From NCBI RefSeq assembly GCF_009914755.1, contig NC_060934.1: a stretch of 64,000 bases of DNA; one strand, given 5' to 3'. Positions 1-12,479 of this stretch are shown in pieces. The stretch's first letter is position 1. Each line of letters starts with the position of its first letter. Made by a program: the position numbers and the translations under genes. The notes under the pieces are model-generated. The model was not told the DNA's origin, searched no databases, and was given only the letters and a program-made list of their open reading frames with translations. The stretch is from the human T2T-CHM13v2.0 reference genome, Homo sapiens.

Positions 1-292
1 AAATCATGAAAGCCAGAACACAAAGATAAGTCTCGAAGCCATTAATGGTCAAGTCTCTTGGAGATCTCTATCTGTGGTTTCCTCTAGGAATTCATCTTGG
101 CTGAGGGCAAGGAGAATTTCTATCCTTTATCCCTGATCAACTGGGATCAGGTGGCACACATGGCTACCCCAGCACCTCTTGAAGCCTCCAGGTTGCATAC
201 ATAAACTGCCACCATAGTCAGTCTCCAGAAGACCTCTAAGATGTTAGACTGGTGCAGGCATTTTTGCCTCCAGTTCTGCTGGCTCAGATAAT

Positions 293-505
293 ATGCATTG
301 AGTACGTGCTATGTGCCAGATGCAAGGCTAAAGCTCTTTCTATATTGAATTATATTTGATCCTCATGATAACTTCTCAGTTGATAGTACTAATATCTGTT
401 TTCCATGAGAGAAAATTAGGCAGGTTAAATTACTTGTACAAGGTCACCAAACCAGAAAGTGGTATGAGCGGGATTTAAACACAGGTCTGAGATCCCAAAT
501 AATGT
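293..505 (-). mobile_element. MIR SINE (diverged)
   Basis: tgagtacgtgctatgtgccag...gatcctcatgataac...ggttaaattacttgtacaaggtcac...gggatttaaacacaggtctga resembles the reverse complement of the MIR consensus. Confidence 0.75.
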
Positions 506-1816
506 GCTCTGTTACTTACTATGCAATTGGAAACTGATTGAGTCCAGACCCTTTATTGTATTTGAAGGAACAGTGTCAGAGGGTCAGGCATGCTAATTCT
601 TCTTCTAGTCTTGTGTGTGGTCTAGACCCAAACTCTTTGTCCCATGCTTCCTAACCCACCCCCTTTCTCTGCCATACTAGCATTAACAAAAGGCAGTGAA
701 GGGTACAAGAAGTTGCTCGGCAGGGCTGCTGAAAGTGGCAGTTGTGCTGTCAGTATTTATTGACCAGTGAGTGTGCTGACAACCTCAGCATGCATCTTCC
801 TTTCAGCATCTCCCCTACACACACACACCCAGAGCAATATTGGCTTCAGTGTCAACTATCTTATTATCTCATGTCTATTCTTGGTGAAACTATTTGGGGG
901 CTATTATGTTAGGGCACCAATAAAAGATTTTATGTGCAAATCTGTTTCAAAGGAGGCTCAGCCATAGTATGATGTTGGGTAATAGACCCAGTCTTTCTAG
1001 GCAGATAAAACTGCATCAATATTGCAGAGCCTCAAGGACATAAAATGAGCAAACACCAGTTAGACAAACACTAAATTCAAAGTCAAACAGTCTAACAGAG
1101 GAGATGACATGCTGATAGGATGCCATGTTGTTCCAAATGCTGTACCACACTTTTTATTCTGACTCATAGTGTGGTCCCTAGGAAAGCAGTGTTGGAAAAT
1201 CAGCTCAAGATGGCAGAAGCAACTAATTCATCCACGCATAAGACTCTAGGGCCAGACTGACATGTATAGCAACTTCCTGATGAAACTTGTAGCTGTTTAT
1301 AGACTCCTATGGTCCAATATTTGGAAGCCTGTTTTGTTTTATTTTGTTCTTAAGATAAATATGATCTTTGAAGGAATTATGGAAGTAGAGAGAGAAAAGC
1401 CCCAAAAAGTCAAGATTTATTATAAATAATATGAACTGAATTAATGAGCAAAGGAATTAGAAAAGTCAATTGTGCATCGTAACATCTTGGCTGATCCTTT
1501 TGTTTCTTTAAAGAGGAGGAAACACTGCAGAGGCAGTGTGAGAAGTAACTAAGATGTACCCTTAGAGGTGGTCATTTCTCTTGGCTTAGACAGATTATTC
1601 ACATAATATTCGATACAGCACAATCCTCTAACTGGAAAAGCTTCCACATGTCATTTCTTATTAATACGACAGCTCTCGTGTAAGCCCAATTATGGTTCGT
1701 ATTCACAAATTCCCATAGCAACACCAAGCACTTCTGTGCGACAATGTAGCATTGATTTCTCAGAACTTGGAAATTGATAGGAACCCTCACATAGAAACAT
1801 CTGCCTTGGCCGTGGG

Positions 1817-2224
1817 TGCATTAGTCTGTTCTTGCATTGTTATAAATACCTGAGACTGGGGAATTTATAAAGAAAAGAGGTTTGATTCGTTCATGGTTTT
1901 GCAGGCTGTATGGGAAGCATGATGCTTGGCTTCTAGGGAGACCTCAGGAAACTTACAATTACGGCGGAAGGTAAAGGAGGAGCAGACACATAATATGGCC
2001 AGAGGAGAAGCAAGAGAAGAGAGGGGAGGTGCTACACACTTTTAAACAACCAGATATCACGAGAACTCACTATCGCACGGACAGTACCAAGGGAAATGGT
2101 ACTAAACCATTCATGAGACATCTGCCCCCATGATCCAATCACCTCCCACCAGGCCCCACCTCCAACATTGGGGATTATACTTCAATCTGATATTTGGGTG
2201 TGGACACACATCCAAACTATATCA
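1817..2224 (-). mobile_element. Solo ERVL-MaLR LTR (MSTA-like)
   Basis: TG...CA ends. tgcattagtctgttcttgcattg...ccaggccccacctccaacattgggg...ccaaactatatca is the reverse complement of an MST LTR. Confidence 0.85.
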
Positions 2225-2329
2225 GTGAACATATTTTCTGGGAATTGGAAATGAAGTGACATGGGACCCATTCCCCTCCACATAGAGGTTTGGAAATTTC
2301 ACATAGCCTGAGGGACCAGCAAAACCTTT

Positions 2330-2500
2330 AAAAGTCAGATAAACTTGGGTTCAAATTCCAGCTCCACCATTTATTTGTTGTGTATCTTTGAGTATGTTAT
2401 ATGATTTTCCTACACCTGTTTCCCCACCTGTACATAAAATAGAAGGCTAACGTGTACACAGGAATGGTTGGCATATAATAAATGCTCAAAAATATTATTA
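2330..2500 (+). mobile_element. MIR SINE fragment
   Basis: agtcagataaacttgggttcaaattccagctccaccattt...tggcatataataaatgctcaa. Confidence 0.7.
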
Positions 2501-3255
2501 ATATCTTTACCATGTATGGTACTGGTAATGCTATTAACAATAATGATAGTAATAATAATTATTGTTGTGGATATTAAATAATATCATGAAAGTAAAGCAC
2601 CCAATATAGAATATAAACTCAAAAATATTTGCTTCTGACTCTCTTCTAAGATTACCTATGTCTACTTATAAATTCTAGAAACAGTTTAAGTTTTCTCCTG
2701 TGACAGAAATAGGCTCAACTTCTAAATCCCCAACGGGAGCTAGGAAATGACTCAAGGCCCTTTGGTTCTAATTTTTGGGGGCAGATTTCTGTCTTTCCTC
2801 CAGGGCAAGCCATCATCCAGAAACAAGGATAAATGAAAAAATAAAGGATCTGTCAGGTTAGGCTTGGTCACAGCAAGAGCGGGAACAAGTCAGAAGAGAT
2901 AGATGTGTTTAATGGCCAATGCATTTGTCCAAAGGAATCATTTTCACTGGCCAGGAGCCCAATTAAACCTGTAAAATGGAAATCCAGAAAATCAGATTAA
3001 CGAACCAGTCATTAGTAAGGAAAAGACCCAGCTAATTCTGTGTTTAGCATGACGGATGGGCCCAGAGCAAATAATTGGATGACATTCATCAAATATAAAA
3101 TAAAAGGTGTCACCGAAAGGAAAAGTGGTAATAATCTTTGGGATTTACAATGCCAGCAAGTTTGCTAGTAAAGAAGAGAAAAGTTCATCAAAACAGATTA
3201 ATAGTCACTAAACTTTATTTCTTTCTTGTGTGCCAGAGAGCCACAGGATCACAGA

Positions 3256-3437
3256 GAAGCAGAAAATGCATGCATCAGCCTGCTTTTACCCTAACATTGT
3301 GAAGCAGCAAATGCATCAGCCTGCTTTTGTGAGGACTCTGCCCCTGAAGGGCTGTGCGATCTTTGGAAAATAAATTCCTGCTTTTGTGAGGACTCTGCCC
3401 CTGAAGGGGTGTGTGATGTATTTGAAAATAAATTCCT
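3256..3437. repeat. Two overlapping local tandem duplications (about 45 bp and 57 bp period)
   Basis: gaagcag-aaatgca(tgca)tcagcctgctttt at 3256 and 3301. cctgcttttgtgaggactctgcccctgaaggg (32 nt identical) at 3320 and 3377, each followed by ...aaaataaattcct. Confidence 0.9.
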
Positions 3438-3891
3438 TTGACCATCCAGGAACCAGGCAGGAGTTGAGAGTTCTTCACTACATCTGTGTTTTAGTCAGTA
3501 TCCAATGGAGGAATCCAAACTCAAAGTCTTTCTGCTTAAGCAGATTAATTCCAACAATCTGTTATTCAGTAAGTGAATAAATATTGACCCCCTGCTGTGT
3601 ACCTGCCTCTATGAGGTGTGCTCACTCCTGGTTAAGGTTTCAGGTACAGACTAGAGTTGGAGAGCCCAGGTTTATAAGGGTTCAGATGTAGGCGAGGGTT
3701 AGAAAGCCCAGGTTTATATTCTGGCTGTAACAATGAAAGGCTATATGATGTTGGGCAAATTAGTTGCTCTCTCTCAGCTTCAGTTTTCTGACCTGTATGA
3801 AATATTCTTTACATGATAGTTATTATTACTCTTAGTTTTATTACCTTACTTCTGCTCTCCTAAGAAGATATTATTTTCAAAATATAGCACC

Positions 3892-4205
3892 AGACTAGAT
3901 GCAGTGGCTCATATCTACAATTCCAGCACTTTGGGAGGCTGAGGCAGAAGGCTGCTTGAGCCCAGGAGTGGCTTTGGTCACTTTGAGACCAGCCTGGGCA
4001 ACAGAGGGAGACCCAGTCTCTACAAAACATAAAAAAATAAAATTAGTCAGGTATGGTGGTTTTGCCTGTAGTCCCAGCTACTTGGGAGGCTGAGGTAGGA
4101 GGATTGCTTGAGCTGGGCAGGTCAAGGCTTCAGTGAACCATGATTGTACCACTGCACTCTAGCCTGGGTGACAGAGTGAGACCCTGTCTCACAAAAGAAA
4201 ATTTA
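3892..4205 (+). mobile_element. AluJ-like SINE
   Basis: Dimeric Alu with ggaggattgcttgag and gagaccctgtctc (J-type) and a degenerate TSD aaaatatagc/aaaatacagc. Confidence 0.9.
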
Positions 4206-4394
4206 AAAATACAGCCCGAGTGTCAAAACAGATTTTCCGGGAATGCAAGGAAACAAAACCATAGACATGCATGTCAATTACAGAGATTTTTAAAAAGTTT
4301 TTCACAAAAGATGTTGGAATCAAGATAATCTATTGTGTTATTGCAGTGAAATAAGAAAGATGGACAGAGGATTCTTCTTAGTCACAGAAGGAGG

Positions 4395-4572
4395 AGCACA
4401 GGCTTAGAGCCAAACTTTCTGAGGTTCAGATCTGTCTTATCTTGGACAAGTCACTCAAAACCTCTGTAGAGTTGTTATGAGGATTAAATTAGGTAATTTT
4501 CATAAAGGCTATGTGCAGTTCTGGAGTGTGGTAGATGTACTCAATTAATGACTGTCTTATTATTTTTATTAT
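4395..4572 (+). mobile_element. MIR SINE fragment
   Basis: ggagcacaggcttagagcca...cttggacaagtcact...gttgttatgaggattaaat...tagatgtactcaattaatg. Confidence 0.65.
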
Positions 4573-4606
4573 TATGTATCCGCTGGTCATCTGCCAGAAG
4601 ATCAGC

Positions 4607-6717
4607 TCTCTCAGTCCCTTTCTGCTTATAAACCATGGAAATTTATTTTTCACAGTTCTAAAGGCTGGAAAGCCCAAGATTAAGGCACCAGCATGTTAGA
4701 TATCTAGTGAAGGCCCGGTGTCTGCTTCCAAGATAATGCCTTGAATACTGAGTCTTTACATGGCAGAAGGATAGAAGGGACAAAAAGGAAAAAAAAAAAA
4801 AAAAGAAGCCTAGCTAGTTTTCTCCAGCCCTTTTATGAAGCACTTTTCCTTTCCTGAGGAAGAAGCCCTCATGGCCTAATCACCTCTTGAACGGCCCCAA
4901 CTCTTAATACTGTTGCAATGGGGATTAAGTTTCAACAGGAATTTAGGAGAGGACAGAAACAATCGGCCCATAGCATTCCATCCATGGCCCCACAAATTTA
5001 TGTCCTTCTCACATGCAAAATATGTTCGTTTCATCCCAATAGCTTCAAATGTGTTAATTTGTTCCAGCATCAACTTTAAAATCTAGGTCCAAAGTCTCAT
5101 CTGCGTATCATCTTAATAAGATGCGGGTGAGACTCAAGGAGATTCATCCTGAGGCAGATTCCCCTCCAGCTGCAAGCCTGTGAAATCAAACAAGTTATGT
5201 GCCTCTGAAATACAATGGTGGGAGAGGTATGGGACAGTCATTCCAATTTCAAAAGCAAGCAAAAGGAAGGAAGGAATGAGTAACAAGTCTCGGTGAAGTC
5301 CAAAACCCAACAGGGTAAACAACCTTAAATCTTGAGGCTTAAGAATAATTTTCTTCACTCCATGTCCCACCTTCCAGGCCATGGGGTGAGGATTGGGTCT
5401 CCAAGGCTCTAGGGGACCCTGCACCCATGGTTTTGGGTAGGTATAGCACATGTAGTAGCTGTGACAGATTAGAGTCCATGCAGCTGCACCAGAATGTGGC
5501 GATCAGAGACTTGAGGTAGTACTGGACAGACAGCCCCAACATTCCATGGGAGCCTGGCTCCTCCCTTCAAATTGTTTTCCCCTCAAGGCCCTGGCACTCT
5601 GGGCCTGTGATGAGCATGGCAGCCTGGAAGATCTCTGGTATGCCTTCTGGGCCATTGTTTCATTGATCTGGTGAGTAGCATCTGGCTGCCTTCTAGCTGT
5701 ACTAATTTTATCAATGGTCCCTTGGCCACACCCTTGGTGTTCTCTCTCAAACTTGCCTTTTTAAACTTTACATGGCCAGGCTGAGAATTTTCCAAATCTT
5801 TAAGTTCTGTTTCCCTTTCAATTGTAAGCTGCCTTTAATTCATGTCTCTCTTCTTGCGTTTTACTATAAATGGTCAAAAAAAGCCATGCAGCACTCTCCA
5901 CATTTGCATTGATAGTTCTTCCAGATATCCTTGTACACCGCTTACAATTTCTGCCTTCTACAAATCTTTAGACACAGGCACGATTAAGCCAAGTTTTTTG
6001 CCGCTTTATAGCAAGGATGACCTTTCCTCTAATTTCCAATACCTTACTCCTCATTTCCATCTAAGACTTCAACAGCATTACCTTTACCGTCTATATTTCT
6101 ACAAGTATTCTGTTCATGACCAGGTAAGTAATTTCTAAGGATACTTAAGTTCTTTCTACAGCTCCCCACTTCTTCTGAAGAAGGGTCCTCACCAGAATTG
6201 CCCTTAATGCGCTGTTTAATGCAATATAGGGTTTTTTTTCTAGTATTCACTTCAAAACTGTTCATACACCTATTCATTACCTGGTTCCAAAACCACTGTC
6301 ATATTTTTAGGTATTTGTTATAGCAATACCAATACCAATTCAGTACCAATTTCTGTCTCAGACCATTTCTGCTACTATAGCAAAATTATTTAGACGACAT
6401 AGTTTATTTCTTACATCTGTAGAGGCTGGGAAGTCCATGACAAAGACCCCTGCAGGTTTGATGTCTGATGAGGGCTTGGTCTTTGTTTCTAAGATGGTGC
6501 CTTGAACACTGTGTCCTCACATGGCAGAAGTGATGAAAGGGAAAAAAGAGGGTTAGCTAATTTTCTCTAGCCCTCTTATAAAGCACTGATCCCTTCATGA
6601 TGGCATAGTCCTCATGTCCCAGTCATGTCCTCAAGGCCCCACCTCTTAATACTGTTGCATTGAGGAGTAATTTTCAACGTTCATTTTGGAAGGGACACAA
6701 ACATTCAAACCACAGAA
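4607..6717 (-). mobile_element. Full-length ERVL-MaLR element (MSTD-like LTR - internal - LTR)
   Basis: Two homologous LTRs at 4607-4975 and 6354-6717 (shared acatggcagaag, ctcttaatactgttgca) flank a ~1.38 kb internal region. On the - strand that region starts gaaattggtact. Near-TSD tcagc/ccagc. Confidence 0.85.
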
Positions 6718-7597
6718 CCAGCATTGTCTAGGAATGAAGTAGGTCACAACCTTGTAATAAACTATAGAAGAATAATTATAGGAATGTGTGTGCCATGAGA
6801 GTGAATGTTGAAAGTGCTATAGAAATGAAAAGAACAAAGTTCAGTAATTGAGAGATAGGAGAAATTAGAATGAATTGGTAGCATTCAAAAACCCTTCCAT
6901 GAACTCATAGGATTTACACTGAGGTTTAATGCATCAGTTGGATTTTGGCAAGTACGGAGAAGGACACACTCAGGACAAAGGGAGATTGGCAGGATGAAGC
7001 TTGGTATCTCTGGGAGATACTACAGTATCAGAGGTACTTGGAGACCCCAGGGCTCTGTGGCCTTCATATAGCCCCTTTATGTTTTGGACCATTCGACAAT
7101 GCATTTAAACATTTAAAGTATAATTTCTATCTTCATTATTTACTCAAGCACAAACTTTCCTGGGTTGTGTGTGAGCTTTTAAGAGAGTCTGTGATTGTGC
7201 AGGGCTCTAATAGACATGGGAGGATGAGTTCTCAAGGCTGCGGGGCTGATCACGCTGTCAAAGGGACCACTCTATTCTCTTTTGGCCGTTGGTGACTTGG
7301 AAACCCCAATGCTCCCAGCCTTGCCCTGGACTTCTGATAGGAGGTGGAGTGTGCTATCATTTTGTTCCCTGTTGAGGCAGCTGGATCTTCCAAGGAGAAG
7401 CCCCTTTTAATTGATGATCTCTGGCCAGCATTCAGGAATGGGACTTGCCTTCTCGGATGCTGGTCTGCTTTCCCATGAATGTGTTTGGTTCAGGGTAAGG
7501 TTCAGGGTGACCTATAGAGAGGTGGTTATTAAGCATATGATAGGTGACCAGATGATATATTTTGGGAGTATAAAAGCTTTGTCATCAGGTATAAGGA

Positions 7598-7740
7598 CTC
7601 CTTTGGGGGTGATGAAAATGTTTTAGAACTAAATAGAGGGTCTGGCTGGATCACACACTGTGAATGTACTAAAAGACACCGAATTGTACAGTTTAAAATT
7701 ATTAGAGTATGTGAATTTCACCTCAAATTAAAAAAAAAAC
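7598..7740 (+). mobile_element. Old L1 (L1M-type) 3' end fragment with A tail
   Basis: tttgggggtgatgaaaatgttttagaact...tgtgaatgtactaaaa...gaattgtaca...tatgtgaatttcacctcaaattaaaaaaaaa. Confidence 0.75.
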
Positions 7741-7864
7741 CCCACCTTTCTCATCATTGTAAACACAGAATTCAGGAACATATCTACATCTGAGAGGCAG
7801 GGGGTCAGGGCAGGTGAGGAGCACAGAGGTCTATGCAAATTGTTGTTAAAAGTCTAGTTATGAG

Positions 7865-8043
7865 GTGTTCAAAGTGTGGTTCCCAGACCAGCAGCATTGG
7901 CATCACCTGGAAATTTATTAGAAAATTCTTGATCCCCAACTCAGATCTATTGAATCAGAGACTCTGCAGATGGGCCTTAGTAATCTGTGTTTTCACAAGC
8001 TTTCCAGGTGATTCTGATGCATGCTGAAGTTTAAAAACTATTG
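7865..8043. mobile_element. MER5A-like hAT-Charlie MITE
   Basis: caaagtgtggttcccagaccagcagcattggcatcacctgg...tgaatcagagactctg...aatctgtgttttcacaag...caggtgattctgatgcatgctgaagttt. Confidence 0.85.
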
Positions 8044-9629
8044 ATCTAGTTTCTGGGTTAGCAAGTATGTTTACATGTGTTGGTTTTCTAATTAAATGTA
8101 AAACCAAATTAAACAAATACATACAATCATGTGAGAACTAATGGTGACTATGTGTTCAGATCTAAGGATGATATTTTATGCACTTGAGACTTATTTGGAA
8201 AAGGAAAAAGACTTCAGAGCAACCTATTGATCTTAATATAGCAACACCCACCTCTAAGCCAACACACAACAATATAGATTCAGAACAGATGTTGTATCAA
8301 AATAAAAAAGTTTTAAAGTCCTGAAATACAAGGCAAGAATGATGGTAATTAGATGTGGATGTTTCTCCCTGAAGATCAGGGTGAAAACCAGTCTCTCTTC
8401 TTGGTTCACAGCATAAGCCTTTGCACCAAGTTTTTCCAAGTCTCTGCCTTCATGCTGACTCTGACATCTGCTCTACCTGGCAGCGTGTGGTGCCTGCTTT
8501 GTGGGCTTCCGATCTGTGCAGAGCAAGGGGTAGCCGTGGGAGATGTCATCTCCCTCCCCGAGTGAGGAGAGATGGGTGGCTTCAGTAGAGAAGTTACAGC
8601 TCTTCTGCTCCCAGTAGGGCCTGTGGATGGCTGTCAGATTTGGATCAGACTGGGAGGACTGGCCTGTCTCCAGCCTGTGCTTGGACCTTAGTGAGAATGA
8701 AGCATGTGCCTTGGGTAATTGCCTCCTCAGCGCAGCAGCCTGGTTGCTATTGTTGTCCTGCTATTTTCTCTGAACAAGCCATGTTATCTTCTCCTGTGAA
8801 TATTAATTTCCCCTGAGTTAGGATAATTGGGCAGAGAGCAGCCATCTGCAGAGCCGTGCCATGTTGGCAGGGCTTTTCAGCAGGCCCTGGCCAGAGGACC
8901 ATTTCTTGGCGTGGTTTCCACTTTCCTCCCATTAAGAATCTATCCTTTCACAAGTGAGGTTACAGGGCTTGTCCCTGAGCCTTCTAGCCAGAGATAACAG
9001 AGTTCAGACTCAAACCCAGGACTTCTGAATTTCAAATTTGGAGTTCTTCCTCTAACTTTTGATGTTTTTAAGTATCTTGTACGTGGAAAGAGTCAATAAA
9101 TATCTGCTCAATACATGGATTTGTAAATATGAAGGAAAGAAATCTGTGCTTAGATCAGAAGTGAGATTACATTTCAAAATAATGAGAGCTTTGAACAATA
9201 GTAATTATTCAGATCCAGGAAAAATACATTTGACAATTATGTTATGGTTGGAATGAATTAATAAACAATTCAAAAAGAATAAATAGATCATGGGTGTAGC
9301 CCACATTGGTAGCTTCTCTGTTTTTAGTTGAAAATACTTACTAGGTATGTGCCATGTGCAGAGCACAGTGACCAAATAGAGTCAGTCTCTGTTCTGAGGG
9401 AGAATCTGCCAGTGGGAAAGATTGTTGTAATTGCCCACCTGTGATCTAAGCACTGTGCAGTGGGAGCAACTCAGAGTGCCATGGGATTAGAGACCCAAAG
9501 CCAGCAAGGAATATTCTCTAAAAGGTAATTACAAACCCATTGTGGTTGTTGATAGAAGAGCTAATACTTTCCAACTTGTGCATGATCTGTGGCCTCATCT
9601 GATCTCTTTGTGTTTCCCCCACAATCTAG

Positions 9630-9719
9630 GTAACAACTAGTGGAAGAGCCAGCTACTACGTGTCTTATCGAAGAGAGGCCTTTGCTCAGATAAAGCTGCC
9701 TAAGTACTCGTTGCCAAAG
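9630..9719 (+). CDS. SORCS3: SORCS3 internal coding exon A (90 nt, phase 0-0; probably exon 8)
   Basis: tttgtgtttcccccacaatctag|GTA ACA ... CCA AAG|gtactg. Translates VTTSGRASYYVSYRREAFAQIKLPKYSLPK and joins the next exon in frame. Peptide recognised as SorCS3 VPS10 domain. Confidence 0.95.
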
Positions 9720-10537
9720 GTACTGCATGCACCACTAGCGGTCCTGGGTCCCTCTAGGCAAAGGGAGGGTTGGAGAGGCTGCTTTGTTGGGCTACTGGGA
9801 GGTTTTATCTGTTTGGAAGGACTGCTGGCATTTAGACTCACTCACCACCAAGTCGTTTGGCCTCCCTTAGTGGTGCACAACCTGGATTCTGTATTTCTGT
9901 CTCAGCTGGGTACCAGCCAAGAGCTTTGATTTCCTGTAACTCAAAGGTCTGGTATAACCTTGGGTCATTTCCCAGGGGCAGTAATGAAAGGAACACTAGC
10001 TTTGGAATCTCCTCTGAGGGGCTCTCCCTTTTGCAAAGGGCTTTATCACCAAATAGAAGGCCAAACTCAGCAGGAGGACAGACGCATAAAAGTGCACAGA
10101 TAAGTCTGGTGGTTTTATTGCTTCTTTCTACATTTTAAGGCTAAATAAAAATGTATTGCCTATGTTTCTACTCCCCCTGCCACCATGAGTAATTAAAAAG
10201 GGGTAAATTAATAGAATGTTAATATCAAATGTTGGCATTTTAACTCTTCTATTGAAAAATCATAAAACTTACTTTGGGGACCCCATTCCTTGTGAACATT
10301 GGCTTCTGGAGGGAGATGGACCTTAGAACCTCAGTGTGAAAATGGACAGGTTATAATTGCATCACTTAATGAGGCTACAAAGGAGTAAAATCTCAGGTTG
10401 GACACATATCAGGTGTAATGTTGCAAAGACTTGGGTCTCTAAGCTGGTACTAAGGAACATATTATGAAAGACTAAATGAGTACAGAGGTGGAGGAATTAT
10501 GGCATGAGAAAGTGGATAATTTCCTACCCCCAGTTGT

Positions 10538-11030
10538 TATTATTCATTCATTAATTTATGCATGCGTGTATTCATTCACTCTTTTATGCATCCGTTCAAC
10601 TATTCTTTCTCCATTTAACTTTTCCTCTGTGAACTAAACTCTATGAGTAGAGTAGTGAATAAGGCACAAATGGTCCCTGTCTTCATGGATGTTATGTTCT
10701 GGAAAAAAAAGATACTGAATAAGCAACGATAGGTATGAGAGTGTTACAGAAGTTCAAGGGCCATCTTGACATAAAAGGTGGTTTTAGTCAACTATGGGTA
10801 GTGAGGGCAGTTTCCTAGAAAAAGTGATGTTTAAGTTGATACAAGAAAAATAAAGGAGTTAATTCTGCAAACAAAGATGGGGAGAAGCTGATAGAAAATA
10901 TATGCATAGGCTCGATTTTAAGAGACAGCACCGTTCATTCAACAAACTAGGAAGCCATCTTGAGAGACTGGGTTGCAGAGAGGCTGATAAGGTCAGCAGA
11001 GACCATTTTAAGTAGCTTCAGGGGCAATGG
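10538..11030 (-). mobile_element. L2 LINE 3' fragment (diverged)
   Basis: attcattcatt tail followed by gtgaataaggcacaaatggtccctgtcttcatgga...ttcctagaaaaagtgatgtttaagttga. Confidence 0.65.
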
Positions 11031-12479
11031 GAACCAATTTCTCATTTTATCTACCCTCTCTCTGATCAGAGATAAGCTTTATGGGACCATTGTATAGTAT
11101 GGTGTTTGCAGGATGTACCCATCAGATATTCTAAACCCAAACAGGAAAGAGATATTCCAGCTTGGAGAAGGTTAGAAAGGGGAAATTCACAGTTATGCTC
11201 TTTCTAAAGGAGAATGCCCCGTTACAGTAACCAGAAGGTCTCCCATGTTTCTAAGCCTAGGAAATGAGTTTAGGGAACTTTCCAAGCCATCTCCCTGAGG
11301 TAGGGATTATTTTGTTTCTGTATTTGTGCATCTTTTATGTATTTTTAACCTTCTCAGGAAAACCAACCATTCACTCCCCTGGACAGTGTGGCTGCAGGTG
11401 GGGACAAATGAGGCCCTGAATTGATCACAACCCTAGAACACTCTGTTAATGATTAGCAACCCCGAGGCAATTTATTGTGGTGGAATGCCATCCGCTTAGT
11501 CCCTTTTATAGAGCCTCATCCAGAGCAGCTTCTCATTAATATGAGGGCTGCTGTGAAAATAGCTGGATGGTTATCGATCCCCTTTATTAGCCAGTGCTGG
11601 CCCAAGTTTTCATAGTCAAAGCTGAAGAGGTGGGGACAGAGAGGGTGGAGGGAGATTGGTTCTTTCCATTGTTTAAAAATGAAAATGGCTTTTAAGCAAG
11701 TTTTGCTGTTCCATGCAGTGCCGTGGATGCTTTTAGGTGGCTTGCTTAGAAACAAAGGCATGAAAAGCTCCCTATCATCATTGCCCTCGCACCTCTGCTC
11801 CCAGCTTACATGCTCAGAATATGCTCTCCTGGGGTACTCCATAGCTTTGTAGTGTTTGGCAGAGAATGAAATGAGTGCCATTAACAATGAGGAGCATTAT
11901 TAGAAGCCATAGCCTTGTGCTGAGCCCTCCATAACTCAGTCCCTGGGCATCAGGTTGGTGCTCTTAGTCCAACAGGCATGAAAAGCACACAGCAGCAGAG
12001 GGCATGGGGCAGGTGATAGGGAGCAGGTAACCTAGGGAAAAGACAGGTGAGCTTATGAGCAGAGACCCTGAGCTTTCATTCCAGCTCTACCACTTACTTA
12101 TCCATGAGCCCAGGTCTTCACATCTGTGAAATGGGGTTAATATTGTTTGACAGAGTTGTGAGGATTTAATGAATGGCTCATTGTTAGTCAAGTGTAAAGT
12201 GTTCGACAAATCTAAGGAATGGTTTTGGTCTGGGGGTAATAATACTGAGGCTCTTAACCTGTCCTACATGGAGATCAGTGTTCATAATGGGATCACATTC
12301 CAGACTGGCCTTGGACTCAATATTGCCTTAAACCCTCACTTTACCACGCTGAGCCTGATATACCCTCTTTTGTCTCTTAGATTCTGGATTTATTCTTAAC
12401 TTACTACTCTAATAAATTGTTTCTACAAGAGAAAATATTTTTGTTTCTTTCTGTATGGGATTCAGGTTGAAAGTAAAAA

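Noticed and set aside
1662-1670. TAATACGAC resembling the start of the T7 promoter
   Set aside because: Only 9 nt match and TCACTATAG does not follow. A chance match is plausible and there is no vector context.
3256-3437. CRISPR-like repeat-spacer reading of the duplications
   Set aside because: There are only two copies per unit, no unique spacers of regular length, and the context is a eukaryotic intron.
5134-6277. Cluster of 67-105 aa ORFs
   Set aside because: They lie in the degenerate MaLR internal region, are fragmented across frames, and show no intact gag or pol.
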